Positions 32,502 through 41,477 of a stretch of 64,000 bases of DNA are shown in pieces. Each line of letters begins with the position of its first letter. The stretch's first letter is position 1. A model generated the notes under the pieces. That model saw nothing but the letters and a program-made list of their open reading frames with translations. It made no database searches and had not been told where the DNA came from. The DNA is from an uncultured Armatimonadetes bacterium (lineage in GTDB: Bacteria; Armatimonadota; UBA5829; DTJY01), in assembly GCA_963717145.1 (NCBI GenBank), contig OY970325.1:4288001-4352000 (forward strand), read 5' to 3'. Made by a program: the position numbers and the translations under genes.

Positions 32502-35213
32502 TTACCTCTTTGTTTCAAGTGTGTAGCTCCCAGCGGGCACATGGGCGTTCACCGCTCCGGCGGAGTTGGCGTGGGCCGCCGTGCCGTCAGTGTCGCCGGG
32601 CGCACGGAGTACGAGTGACGCGCCGGGAGGGAGGCCCTTCGCGGTGAGGGTGAACGCCCCGACGGATTGGGTATCGATGGCGAACTGCTTCCCGATCCCA
32701 CGGACGGTGATCTCCACGGACGAGCCGGTGATCCAGATGTCGTAGGGCTTCAGCATGCCGGAACCGATGACGCGGTAGTTCGCCGGGAGTGCGATCGACT
32801 TCGCCTTGAGCGCCTCTTCGTAGGCGTCGCGGTATCGGCCCTGGTCAAGGAGCTTCTGCGCACTCACGAGCAGCGCCCGGAGAACCCTCACCCCCGACCC
32901 CTCTCCCTTCAGAAGGGCGAGGGGAGACGCTGACCCCCCTCGCCCTTCTGAAGGGAGAGGGGTCGGGGGTGAGGGTTCTCCGAGTTCGTCGATCAGGTTG
33001 AGGGTGTCCCTGCGCCAGGTGATGAGGAGGCTCTCCATGCGGCGGCGATACATCTTCGGCGTCGGCTGAGCGAGCATCCGGGCGATAGGCTTCCAGCTCT
33101 CCGGAGTGCCCTGGTTCGTATGGTGAGAGAACCGGCAGCCGTTCTCATACATGCCGCAGAGGTTCGGGATGAACCTGTAGGCATTGTTGTCGCCGTGGCT
33201 CTCGTAGTCGGAGCACGCTGCCCTGCCGAGTTCACGGGCGCGAAGATACGGCTCCGGTCCGCCGCCTAGCCCGACTCCCGCCTCGGGGTAGACCGCCTGC
33301 TCCCAGATCGGATGGAAGCGGTCATCGAGCGGGTAGCCCTTTCCGCCGACCCAGTAGACGTAGTTGCTCGCCCCACGATCATCCTTGGGGAATTCGATTC
33401 TGTCACCCTCGACGACGATTGCCTCCTTGCGGAGGTTCTGCCGCATCGTGTTGGAGATCATCTGGTTGAAGCGCGTCGGGTTCAGATGCAGCCACATCTT
33501 CTCGCGCTCATCGAGGCCGTCCGCCGGGTCGAGGTTCACCCCATCGCGGGCCGCGTCCTGGATGACCGACCAGTTGAAATCCATGAGCATATCAAGCCTG
33601 GGCACGCCGCTATTGACGCGGCCATAGCCGTCCTCGAAGACATCGACGATCTTCGTCCAGTAGCAGGGCTCGTCCTCGCCGATCATGCCGAGGAGGTTGC
33701 CGCCCATGCCGGCCTGCTCCATCCTGAGCAGCCAGGGATCGAGCTTGCGAACGGCATCCGCGATGCCATTCGACCGCGCCTCGTTCAGCACCGGGTTGTT
33801 CATCGTTAGCCACGGAACGCTCGACCAGTGGTTCGGCGTCGTGAGACCGTAGTGGACATCGTACCAGCCCGGCTTGCACGAGTCCATGTATTCTTTCAGG
33901 CCCGGGTCGTCGTAGTTGTCGAACTTGCTGTATGCGATCTGCTGGTACTCGATCGCGCGGAAGGTCTTTCCCTTGCCGTCGGAGGTGCCGAGCGGCGAGA
34001 ACGACCAGGTGGTCGGGAAGCCGGGCACGAATGGGACGTTCTTCTCCAGGACGAGCTTACCGAGCCCATCGGCGAGCGTCTGCATCTGGTCAGGCCCGCG
34101 CTGGAGGTATGCGAAGTCGACCGCGATCCCGATCGAGTCGCGCGCACCGGCCTCGTCGAAAACCTTGATCCACCGGTCGATCATGGCGGTATCCTTCACG
34201 GGGTCGAGCCGGGGGAACCTTGGGCAGATCACCATCGGCAGCATGAAGCGGCTCTCTTCGCAGTACATGTCGAAGTCCGAGTAGGCCCGGAGCGACCGGA
34301 TGCGCATCCCGTAGCCGGACGTGTCCCGGAATGTGATCTTTGCGGTGGACTTGCCGGTCGGGGGGACATCGACGAAGTAGGTCATCAGGCCGGGCCCGTC
34401 ATCGACGAAATCCCTGAGATGGACCGACTTGCCGTCGACCAGGACGCGGTAGAGGGTGCGGTCTCCGTTGCGGGCCTCGTCGTTGACCTCCTGGACCTCG
34501 AGCGTCCACATGCCGGTCGCCGGGACCTTGACCTGGTAGCTGATCTCCCTCGGCTTGAACGCCGGCACGGGAGAGGGTGGGGCATAGACCGCGAACTCCT
34601 GGATCCTACGGTAGATCGCCTGGTGCTTCGGGCCGTTGATGCAGCGCATTCGGAGCTTGCTGGCGGTCAGGTTGAGGCCGGGGAGGACGATGAGTGGCCC
34701 CTTGTTCCCTCTGATCCGCGCGATCGGGTGCTCGGTGTCCCAGGCGGATCCATCCCAGCGGAGGAGGTCGAAATCGCTGAGGGCATAGCTCGCCCACGTC
34801 TTGATCATCACCTTGCCGATGCGCGTCGGAAGGCCGAAATCAAGGTCCCAGGTGGACTCCTTCTCGTCCGAGGCGTCGTTCGTCCACGTGCCGTCCGCGC
34901 CGTCGAGCGGCCCCCAGACGTCGTATCCCGCGGATGTCGTGCCGGCGGTGGGACGCGGATAGCCCTCCTTCGCGAGGTTGAGGGCGAGGTTCTTGGGCTC
35001 GGGATTGATCGCGGGCGTCGTCCGGCAGAGGTAGAACTCGCTCCGCAGGCCGATGCTCCCGCCGCACTTCTCGATCTTCGATCCGAACTCCTTGACCTTG
35101 TGCGCCTTCTCCGACGCCGGATCCGAGGTCAGGACATAGTCGGTCTGCCCCGCCCCGAAGGCATGGGTGCTGAGCATCAGCATGGCAAGGAAGAGAAGAG
35201 TCCTGGGGAACAT
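32502..35213 (-). CDS. Large secreted hypothetical protein with discoidin-like domain and in-frame palindrome insertion
   Basis: Signal peptide; NLA...W.LDFG.P..I..V discoidin-like pattern; insertion at 32878-32982. Confidence 0.65.
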   Translation of the reverse strand: MFPRTLLFLAMLMLSTHAFGAGQTDYVLTSDPASEKAHKVKEFGSKIEKCGGSIGLRSEFYLCRTTPAINPEPKNLALNLAKEGYPRPTAGTTSAGYDVWGPLDGADGTWTNDASDEKESTWDLDFGLPTRIGKVMIKTWASYALSDFDLLRWDGSAWDTEHPIARIRGNKGPLIVLPGLNLTASKLRMRCINGPKHQAIYRRIQEFAVYAPPSPVPAFKPREISYQVKVPATGMWTLEVQEVNDEARNGDRTLYRVLVDGKSVHLRDFVDDGPGLMTYFVDVPPTGKSTAKITFRDTSGYGMRIRSLRAYSDFDMYCEESRFMLPMVICPRFPRLDPVKDTAMIDRWIKVFDEAGARDSIGIAVDFAYLQRGPDQMQTLADGLGKLVLEKNVPFVPGFPTTWSFSPLGTSDGKGKTFRAIEYQQIAYSKFDNYDDPGLKEYMDSCKPGWYDVHYGLTTPNHWSSVPWLTMNNPVLNEARSNGIADAVRKLDPWLLRMEQAGMGGNLLGMIGEDEPCYWTKIVDVFEDGYGRVNSGVPRLDMLMDFNWSVIQDAARDGVNLDPADGLDEREKMWLHLNPTRFNQMISNTMRQNLRKEAIVVEGDRIEFPKDDRGASNYVYWVGGKGYPLDDRFHPIWEQAVYPEAGVGLGGGPEPYLRARELGRAACSDYESHGDNNAYRFIPNLCGMYENGCRFSHHTNQGTPESWKPIARMLAQPTPKMYRRRMESLLITWRRDTLNLIDELGEPSPPTPLPSEGRGGSASPLALLKGEGSGVRVLRALLVSAQKLLDQGRYRDAYEEALKAKSIALPANYRVIGSGMLKPYDIWITGSSVEITVRGIGKQFAIDTQSVGAFTLTAKGLPPGASLVLRAPGDTDGTAAHANSAGAVNAHVPAGSYTLETKR
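32878..32982. repeat. Palindrome family F variant, in-frame within CDS
   Basis: 47-bp perfect arms at 32878-32924 / 32936-32982; related single arm at 59327-59363. Confidence 0.9.
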
Positions 35214-35288
35214 GTCATCACCGGTTTCTTAGATTGGTCTGTCTGCGGTATGTTCGGTCAGTCCCTCGGTATGTCCTGCGGACGGCCT

Positions 35289-35475
35289 GCCTCTCGTTAT
35301 GCCACCAGAGTGGCTACTCGAGGAGATCGGTCTGTCTCTTTCCGGGCTGCCCAGCCCCAACCGATCTCCTCGAGTAGCCACTCTGGTGGCATAACGAGAG
35401 GCCAGACGGGTTTGACCCTGCGCACAGCCCCAACCGATCTCCTCGAGTAGCCACTCTGGTGGCATAACGAGAGGC
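35289..35475. repeat. Three family C units downstream of the GIY-YIG gene
   Basis: GCCTCTCGTTATGCCACCAGAGTGGCTACTCGAGGAGATCGGT at 35289-35331, inverted copies at 35360-35402 and 35433-35475. Confidence 0.95.
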
Positions 35476-35477
35476 CG

Positions 35478-35822
35478 TCACACCTGCGCATCACCACCGC
35501 CGAAGCGCTGCGCCTTGTGCTTCTCGAACTCGTCCCAGTCCTTCTTCTTCGCTGCGGCTGAGACTGCGCAGAAGTCACCACGCACGAGCGCGGCTTTCTT
35601 CGCCTGACTCCACTTCTTCACCCTCAGTTCGGCCAGCTTGGCTTCTTCGCGCGTGGGCAAGGCTTCAGACCACACCAGTTCGACGGGCCTTCTGATGGTA
35701 GTGTAAGCACACTTGCCGCCTGCCTGGTGCTCAGCAAACCGGTTTTCCAGGTCATCGGTGTGGCCCACGTAGTAGGTGCCATCGGCACAGAGCAGCATGT
35801 AGACAAAGAACGGTTTGGGCAT
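35478..35822 (-). CDS. Stand-alone GIY-YIG nuclease (UPF0213/YhbQ-like)
   Basis: FVYML.CADGTYYVGHT.DL..R..EHQ.G, YT..RRPV.LV.SE, A...E..VK.WS.AKK.AL; GGAGA RBS. Confidence 0.92.
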   Translation of the reverse strand: MPKPFFVYMLLCADGTYYVGHTDDLENRFAEHQAGGKCAYTTIRRPVELVWSEALPTREEAKLAELRVKKWSQAKKAALVRGDFCAVSAAAKKKDWDEFEKHKAQRFGGGDAQV

Positions 35823-35846
35823 GTCCTGTCTCCATAGGTTGGGTTG

Positions 35847-35963
35847 GCCTCTCGTTATGCCACCAGAGTGGCTACTCGAGGAGATCGGTTCTTTTCTTGC
35901 CGGGCTAGCCAGACCCGTCTAGCCTCGAGTAGGTTTCTCTGGAAACCATAGCGAGAGGCGGTC
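35847..35963. repeat. Family C doublet (arm A + arm B) upstream of the GIY-YIG gene
   Basis: Arm A at 35847-35889, variant inverted arm B at 35915-35963. Confidence 0.9.
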
Positions 35964-35967
35964 AGAT

Positions 35968-36808
35968 CTAGCCCATCTTCCGGCAGCGGGCGATGTAGTG
36001 GTAGACCAGCTTGCCTGTCACGGCCTCGACCTCGAGCGCGTGGGAGAGAAGCTCACGCAGCTCGTCCAGCTTGAAGCGGAAGAAGTAGATGCCGCCCTCG
36101 TGCGCTCCCTCCTTCTCGCCGAAGAGCCGCGTCAGGATCGAATGCTGGTATGCCGATATCACGAGCCGCTCGCCACCCTTGAGCACGCGCGCAAGCTCAT
36201 TGACCGCCGACCTCCGGCTCTCGTGCGTCGGTATATGCTCGAGCACCTGGCAGCTCACCACGCGGTCGAAGCTCTCCGATCTGAGTGGCAGACGGCAGAT
36301 GTCGGCCTGGATCAGATCGACGTTTCGAATTCCCGCGCGTCTGAGCTTGGCCTTGCACCTGCAGAGTGACTCCCAACTGAAATCGACCGAAACCGAGCCG
36401 GCTGCACTTCGACGCGAAACTGCGGGTCATGCGCCCGGTCCCGCATCCGGCTTCGAGGAGGCGATCTTTGCCTGATAACCTAAGCTGACGAAGGGTGACC
36501 GGTATCTCCAGCAGGCCAAACAGGTTGAGGTACCACATGCGTTCGTAGTCCTTGACCTGGGAGTCGCGGGCGCGCATCTCGGTACGTTTGCGGGAGACTG
36601 CATGGTCGCCGGAATCGTGGGAGGAGCACAACTCTGAGGGCAGCATGCGGACGATGCCCTTCTCGATCGGGTATTCGCGGTGGCACTCGGAACAGGTGAG
36701 CGCACCTGAGACGACCTCGTCCATTCCGGCGAGGCGGTTCGCGTGCAGGGTCAGCTCCGACTCGCATCCGGCCGGGCAACTCAGTGAAGGGAGGATCGAT
36801 GGATTCAT
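35968..36808 (-). pseudogene. Trm112-like + class I SAM methyltransferase, frameshifted near 36393
   Basis: L.CP.C...L.C..C.REYPI..GI then LLEAGCGTG; continues in another frame as VDFSWESL...QADICRLP...FDRVVSCQVLEHI; may be a sequencing indel. Confidence 0.75.
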
Positions 36809-36853
36809 GACGACATTACCATACCGGAAAACGGCCTCTCATGCAAGACCGGT

Positions 36854-36976
36854 GTTCGTGCGGATTTGCAATCCAGCACGCATTGGCAAAGTGGGAACTG
36901 TGATCCGGTCGCAAGCAGACTGGGCATCACAGATGCCGGTTTGCCCTCGGGTGCTGGATTACAAATCCGCACCAAC
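36854..36976. repeat. REP-like imperfect inverted doublet
   Basis: GTTCGTGCGGATTTGCAATCCAGCAC (36854-36879) / GTGCTGGATTACAAATCCGCACCAAC (36951-36976). Confidence 0.75.
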
Positions 36977-36999
36977 GTCCTCTGTCATTCGACGCGAGA

Positions 37000-37944
37000 T
37001 CACTTTGCTTTCGGTTTCAGATGCTTCTCGAGGAACTTGTCGATCTTGTCATCCACATCGGGACGAGGCGGCCAGCCGTGCTTTCCGTCCTTCACGAGGT
37101 AGAAGTCCGACTCGACGCCCGCCTTCCTGAGGACCTTGTTGAGCAGCTCGCCCTGACTCGCAGGCGTCAACGGATCCAGGCCGCCGTGGAAGATGTAGAA
37201 CGGCGCATCGTCTTTCGATGCATAGGTCGTCGGGCTGGCTTTGCGGCACAGCTCCGGGTGCTCGAAGTACTTGACGCCGAGAAGGTGCGATATCGACTCC
37301 TTGCCATCAAGAGGCAGGAAGCGGGCAGTTGACTTCCCGGCCTTTGCCAGTTCATAGATAGCCAGGAAGTCGGTCATGCCGTAGTACTCGACGACTGCCT
37401 GGACGCGGCTCGACTCCGCGGCCCATCCGCCGTCGCCCTCGAACTCCTTGATGCCGCCGGTGACGCCGAGCATAGCGACGAGATTGCCGCCCGCCGAGCC
37501 GCCCCAGACGCCGATGCGGTCGGGATCGAGGTTGTACTCCTTCGCATGGGCTCGGAGAAACCTGATCGCGCACTTGCAGTCCTGGAGTTGCGCCGGGAAG
37601 CGCGCTTCGTAGGCGAACCGGTAGTCGATCGTGATGCCGACGTAGCCTTGCTTCACAAATCGTTCCAACCGCTTGTAGCCATCGGTCCTGCTGCCCGAAA
37701 CGAAGCCGCCGCCGTGGATCCACACCAGGACCGGCATCGGGTTCTTCGGCAGTTTCTTGAGCCGGAGGATATCCAGCCTGTGCTTGACGTTTCCGTCGGG
37801 GCTGTATGCGATGTCCTTGATCAGTTCCATGTCGTCCGGCGCCTTGAACTCGGGCTTCGGCGCGGGCTCGGGCGCGGCCTCTTCAGCCGCGGAGAGAGCC
37901 GCCGCCAGTCCGAGGATCGCCAGGACCAGAATAAGCTTGATCAT
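37000..37944 (-). CDS. Secreted alpha/beta hydrolase (HSL-type esterase), paralog 3
   Basis: HGGGF, GGSAGG, D.L, H-W; signal peptide. Confidence 0.9.
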   Translation of the reverse strand: MIKLILVLAILGLAAALSAAEEAAPEPAPKPEFKAPDDMELIKDIAYSPDGNVKHRLDILRLKKLPKNPMPVLVWIHGGGFVSGSRTDGYKRLERFVKQGYVGITIDYRFAYEARFPAQLQDCKCAIRFLRAHAKEYNLDPDRIGVWGGSAGGNLVAMLGVTGGIKEFEGDGGWAAESSRVQAVVEYYGMTDFLAIYELAKAGKSTARFLPLDGKESISHLLGVKYFEHPELCRKASPTTYASKDDAPFYIFHGGLDPLTPASQGELLNKVLRKAGVESDFYLVKDGKHGWPPRPDVDDKIDKFLEKHLKPKAK

Positions 37945-38885
37945 TTCAGTTTGCTTCCCTTCCCAAGATGCTTTTCGAAGAACTCCACGACCGGCTCGCC
38001 CAGATCGGGACGCCCGGGGAAACTGTGACCGATATCCTTGATGATCTGCAAGGTAGAATCGACACCAGCCCTATTGAGCGCTTCATGGAACGCCACGCTC
38101 TGATCGAGCGGAACGGTGTCGTCCTTGTCGCCGTGCATGATCAGAAACGGCGGAGCACCCTTCTTGACGTAGGTGATCGGGCTTGCCCTCTTGCATGCCT
38201 CCGGATTCTCCCAGATTACGCCGCCGACGAGTGCCGAGAGCCGTTCGGCGATGTCGCCCGTCACCCACGTCTCCTTTGTCGCACCACGAGCTTTCTCTTC
38301 CATGGCGGTCTTGTAGATGTCCATCCGGCCGAACCAGTCGCAGACGGCCTGCACCCGGCTCGACTCCTTCGCCCAGCCGCCCTTGCCCTCGAACTCCCTC
38401 ACGCCGCCGGTCACTCCGAGGAGGGCGACGAGAGTGCCGCCCGCCGATCCGCCCCATGCTCCGATGTGACCAGGATCGGCGTTGTATTCCTTCGCATGAG
38501 CGCGCACCCATCGCACCGCGCACTTGCAGTCCTCGATCTGGGCCGGGAAGATCGCCTCGCCGCTGAGCCGGTAGTCGATCGTGACGCAGAAGAATCCGCG
38601 CTGGGCCAGCGGTATCAGACGCCGAATGCCGGCGCCCTTGTTCCCGGACCGGAAGCCGCCGCCGTGAACGAAGATGACCACAGGCATAGGGTTCTTCAGC
38701 CGGACCGTAGGGCGCACGATGTCGAGCTTGAGGGATATATCGCCGCCCTTGCCGTACTCGATGTCGTGGATGACCTCCACGTCGGACGGGATAACCAGTT
38801 CCGGCTTCGGCGCAGGTTCCGCCGCCAATGTGCCGGCAGTCATCAGAATGGCAATCAGGGCGCAGCAGACGGTCAGTGTTGTCAT
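37941..38885 (-). CDS. Secreted alpha/beta hydrolase (HSL-type esterase), paralog 2
   Basis: HGGGF, GGSAGG, HGDKD.TVP, GHSF. Confidence 0.9.
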   Translation of the reverse strand: MTTLTVCCALIAILMTAGTLAAEPAPKPELVIPSDVEVIHDIEYGKGGDISLKLDIVRPTVRLKNPMPVVIFVHGGGFRSGNKGAGIRRLIPLAQRGFFCVTIDYRLSGEAIFPAQIEDCKCAVRWVRAHAKEYNADPGHIGAWGGSAGGTLVALLGVTGGVREFEGKGGWAKESSRVQAVCDWFGRMDIYKTAMEEKARGATKETWVTGDIAERLSALVGGVIWENPEACKRASPITYVKKGAPPFLIMHGDKDDTVPLDQSVAFHEALNRAGVDSTLQIIKDIGHSFPGRPDLGEPVVEFFEKHLGKGSKLK

Positions 38886-39799
38886 TTCTGTTTGTTCACT
38901 TTGCGCAGATGCTTCTCGAAGAACTCCACGACGGGCTTATCCGCGTTGTACTTTGGGCCGAAGCCGTGCCCCGCGCCCTCCAGTATCTTCAGCGTGGCAT
39001 CGACTCCCACCTTCTTGAGGGCGTCGTAGAAGACCTGGCTCTGGCTCAACGGGACGAGCGGGTCCTGGTCGCCGTGCATGATAAGGAACGGGGGATCGTC
39101 CTTGCTGACATATGTGATGGGGCTCGCCTTCCTGCAGACATCGGGCTTCTCCCAGAACTTGCCGCCGACGAGCAGCGAGATCGGGTCGGTCGCGCCGAGT
39201 TTTGCGATCTGATCCTCGGTCATGCCGGCCTTTCTCGCGTCCTCGGCGATCTTGAGGAAGTCGGTCGGGCCGAACCAGTCGCAGACAGCCTGCACCTTGC
39301 TCGACTCCTTCGGGTAGCCACCCTTGCCTTCGAGGTCCTTCGCGCCGCCGGACGTGCCGAGTAGCGCGACGAGATGCCCGCCGGCCGAGCCGCCCCAGAC
39401 TCCGATGCGTATCGGATCGGCGTTGTATTCCTTGGCATGAGCGCGCATCCAGCGGATCGCGCACTTGCAGTCCTCGATCTGGGCGGGGAAGATCGCGACA
39501 TCGGTGAGCCGGTAGTTGATCGTGGCGCAGAAGTAGCCCTTTTGTGCGAGCGGGATCAGGTGCTGAGTGCCGCCCTGCTTGTCGCCGCCGCTCCATCCAC
39601 CGCCGTGGACGAAGATGACGACCGGCATCGGGTCCTTCGGCGTGACCTTTGGGCGCACGATGTCGAGCTTGAGGGACACCCCGCCGCCCTTCCCGTACTC
39701 GACGTCGCGGATGACTTCGACGTCTGACGGAATCTGTGCGAGCGCGGGGATGCACATCGCGAGGACGATCAGTATGGCAGTGATGATGCGCTTTCTCAT
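38882..39799 (-). CDS. Secreted alpha/beta hydrolase (HSL-type esterase), paralog 1
   Basis: HGGGW, GGSAGGH, HGDQDPLVP, GHGF. Confidence 0.9.
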   Translation of the reverse strand: MRKRIITAILIVLAMCIPALAQIPSDVEVIRDVEYGKGGGVSLKLDIVRPKVTPKDPMPVVIFVHGGGWSGGDKQGGTQHLIPLAQKGYFCATINYRLTDVAIFPAQIEDCKCAIRWMRAHAKEYNADPIRIGVWGGSAGGHLVALLGTSGGAKDLEGKGGYPKESSKVQAVCDWFGPTDFLKIAEDARKAGMTEDQIAKLGATDPISLLVGGKFWEKPDVCRKASPITYVSKDDPPFLIMHGDQDPLVPLSQSQVFYDALKKVGVDATLKILEGAGHGFGPKYNADKPVVEFFEKHLRKVNKQK

Positions 39800-39874
39800 G
39801 GTGTCACTTCCTTTGGGTGAGGTTACTTACCAAGACGGACTCGGAGATCAGTTGTTCAGTGTGTCACAGCCAAC

Positions 39875-40104
39875 GTAGGGAACGGAACGGGACGGCGGCG
39901 CGTTCCCCACATGATGATCAACCGCAAAGACGCAAAGGACGCCAAGACGGAACGGGACGGCGGCGCGTTCCCCACATGATGATCAACCGCAAAGACGCAA
40001 AGGACGCCAAGACGGAACGGGACAGCGGCGCGGTCCCTACATGATGATTGACCACGAAGACGCAAAGGACGCCAAGACGGATCGGGACGGCGACCGTTCC
40101 CTAC
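39875..40104. repeat. 65-bp tandem array (three units plus partial) bounded by GTAGGGAACG...CGTTCCCTAC
   Basis: Unit starts at 39882, 39947, 40012 and 40077. Confidence 0.9.
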
Positions 40105-41399
40105 GAAGCGCAGTTCGTAAGTTTGAAGACGTGGGCGTGCTCGCATGGCAGCTCATCCACCGAGAGCTGTGGCATGACTAGGACCATCGTGCCGTCTCTG
40201 GTGCCCCACTTGAGCGTTCCGAAGCCGAGCAGTTCGACGGTTGTGTTGGGGGAGGGCTTTGGGGCGCTGAGCACCAACTCCTGGGCGGGCCACTTGAGGG
40301 CGATGGCGTAGACCGCGCCGTCCTTAGACGTGTAGCAGACATCACCTTCGGAGGAGACCCTCCACTGCTTCGTGCCGTAGATCGACTCGCCGTTGAGATC
40401 GAGCCACTCGCCGATCTGGAGCAGCCGCTCCTCCATGATGACCGGGATCGTGCCATCAGCGGCGGGCCCGATGTCGAGGAGCAGGTTGCCCCCCTTGCTG
40501 ACTGTCTCGATGAGGAGGTGGATCAGGTCGCGCGCCGACTTGTAGTCCTCGAGGCGCTCGTTGCGGCTGAAGCCGAACGACGCGCCGATGCCCCGGCACT
40601 CCTCCCACTTGCGGTTCTCCGCGAGCGTGAGGTCTGCTCCGAGGTGGATCTGCCCGTACTCCGTCGTGAAGTAGCCGCCGTGGACGCTTCGTGTCTCCTT
40701 GCCCCACCTGTCGTTGACCGCCACCTCGTCCTTCACGGGCGACTCGTTGAAGAGCCACGCGAGGAATTCGACGCTCTTCCAGTCCTCGCTCGGCTTCTCC
40801 CACTCGCCGTCGGTCCAGACCAGCGACGGCTCATACCGCGTGACGAGGTCCTTCATCTGCGGGATCATGTGCTCATCGACGTAGCGCGGGAGGTCGTTGA
40901 GGTAGTCGGGGTTGTACCACTCGTAGAGCGAGTAGTAGAAGCCCATCTTGATGCCGCGCGCCTTGACAGCGTCCGACAGGTCGCCGCAGATGTCGCGATG
41001 CGGGCCGATATCGACGCTGTTCCAGTTCCAACTATGCCTGCTCGGCCAGAGACAGAAGCCGTCGTGATGGCGGGAGACGAAGACGATGTACTTCGCGCCG
41101 GCCCGGTCGAAGAGGTCGGCCCACTGATCGGGGTCGAACATCTCGGCCTTGAACATCGGCGCGAAATCCTGATATTGGAAGTTCGGGCCGTAGACCTCGG
41201 GATGGCGCTTGTGCGTCGGATGCTTGGGGTTATTCATGTGGTGCCAGTACCACTCCGCGTAAGCATCCGCCCCGCCGCCGGTCGGGGCCCATGCGGGCAC
41301 GGAATAGACGCCCCAGTGGATGAAGATCCCGAACTTCGCGTCGTCGAGCCATTGAGGCGTGGGCCGCTTGTCGATCGATTCCCAGGTCGGTTGGTACAT
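40101..41399 (-). CDS. Alpha-L-fucosidase (GH29)
   Basis: AKFGIFIHWG.YSVP, HHDGF.LW, YYSLYEW, WTDG.W, VNDRW, WEECRG, GGNLLL.IGP. Confidence 0.95.
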   Translation of the reverse strand: MYQPTWESIDKRPTPQWLDDAKFGIFIHWGVYSVPAWAPTGGGADAYAEWYWHHMNNPKHPTHKRHPEVYGPNFQYQDFAPMFKAEMFDPDQWADLFDRAGAKYIVFVSRHHDGFCLWPSRHSWNWNSVDIGPHRDICGDLSDAVKARGIKMGFYYSLYEWYNPDYLNDLPRYVDEHMIPQMKDLVTRYEPSLVWTDGEWEKPSEDWKSVEFLAWLFNESPVKDEVAVNDRWGKETRSVHGGYFTTEYGQIHLGADLTLAENRKWEECRGIGASFGFSRNERLEDYKSARDLIHLLIETVSKGGNLLLDIGPAADGTIPVIMEERLLQIGEWLDLNGESIYGTKQWRVSSEGDVCYTSKDGAVYAIALKWPAQELVLSAPKPSPNTTVELLGFGTLKWGTRDGTMVLVMPQLSVDELPCEHAHVFKLTNCAS

Positions 41400-41477
41400 G
41401 GTTTCTCCTTCGGAGCGCGGAATCAGGCTACTGTAAACATTGTAGGGTATGAGCCGACAAGCAGTCAACTGATCAGC

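Noticed and set aside
39875-40104. CRISPR array
   Set aside because: Whole 65-bp units repeat with no variable spacer, and the ends are REP-like.
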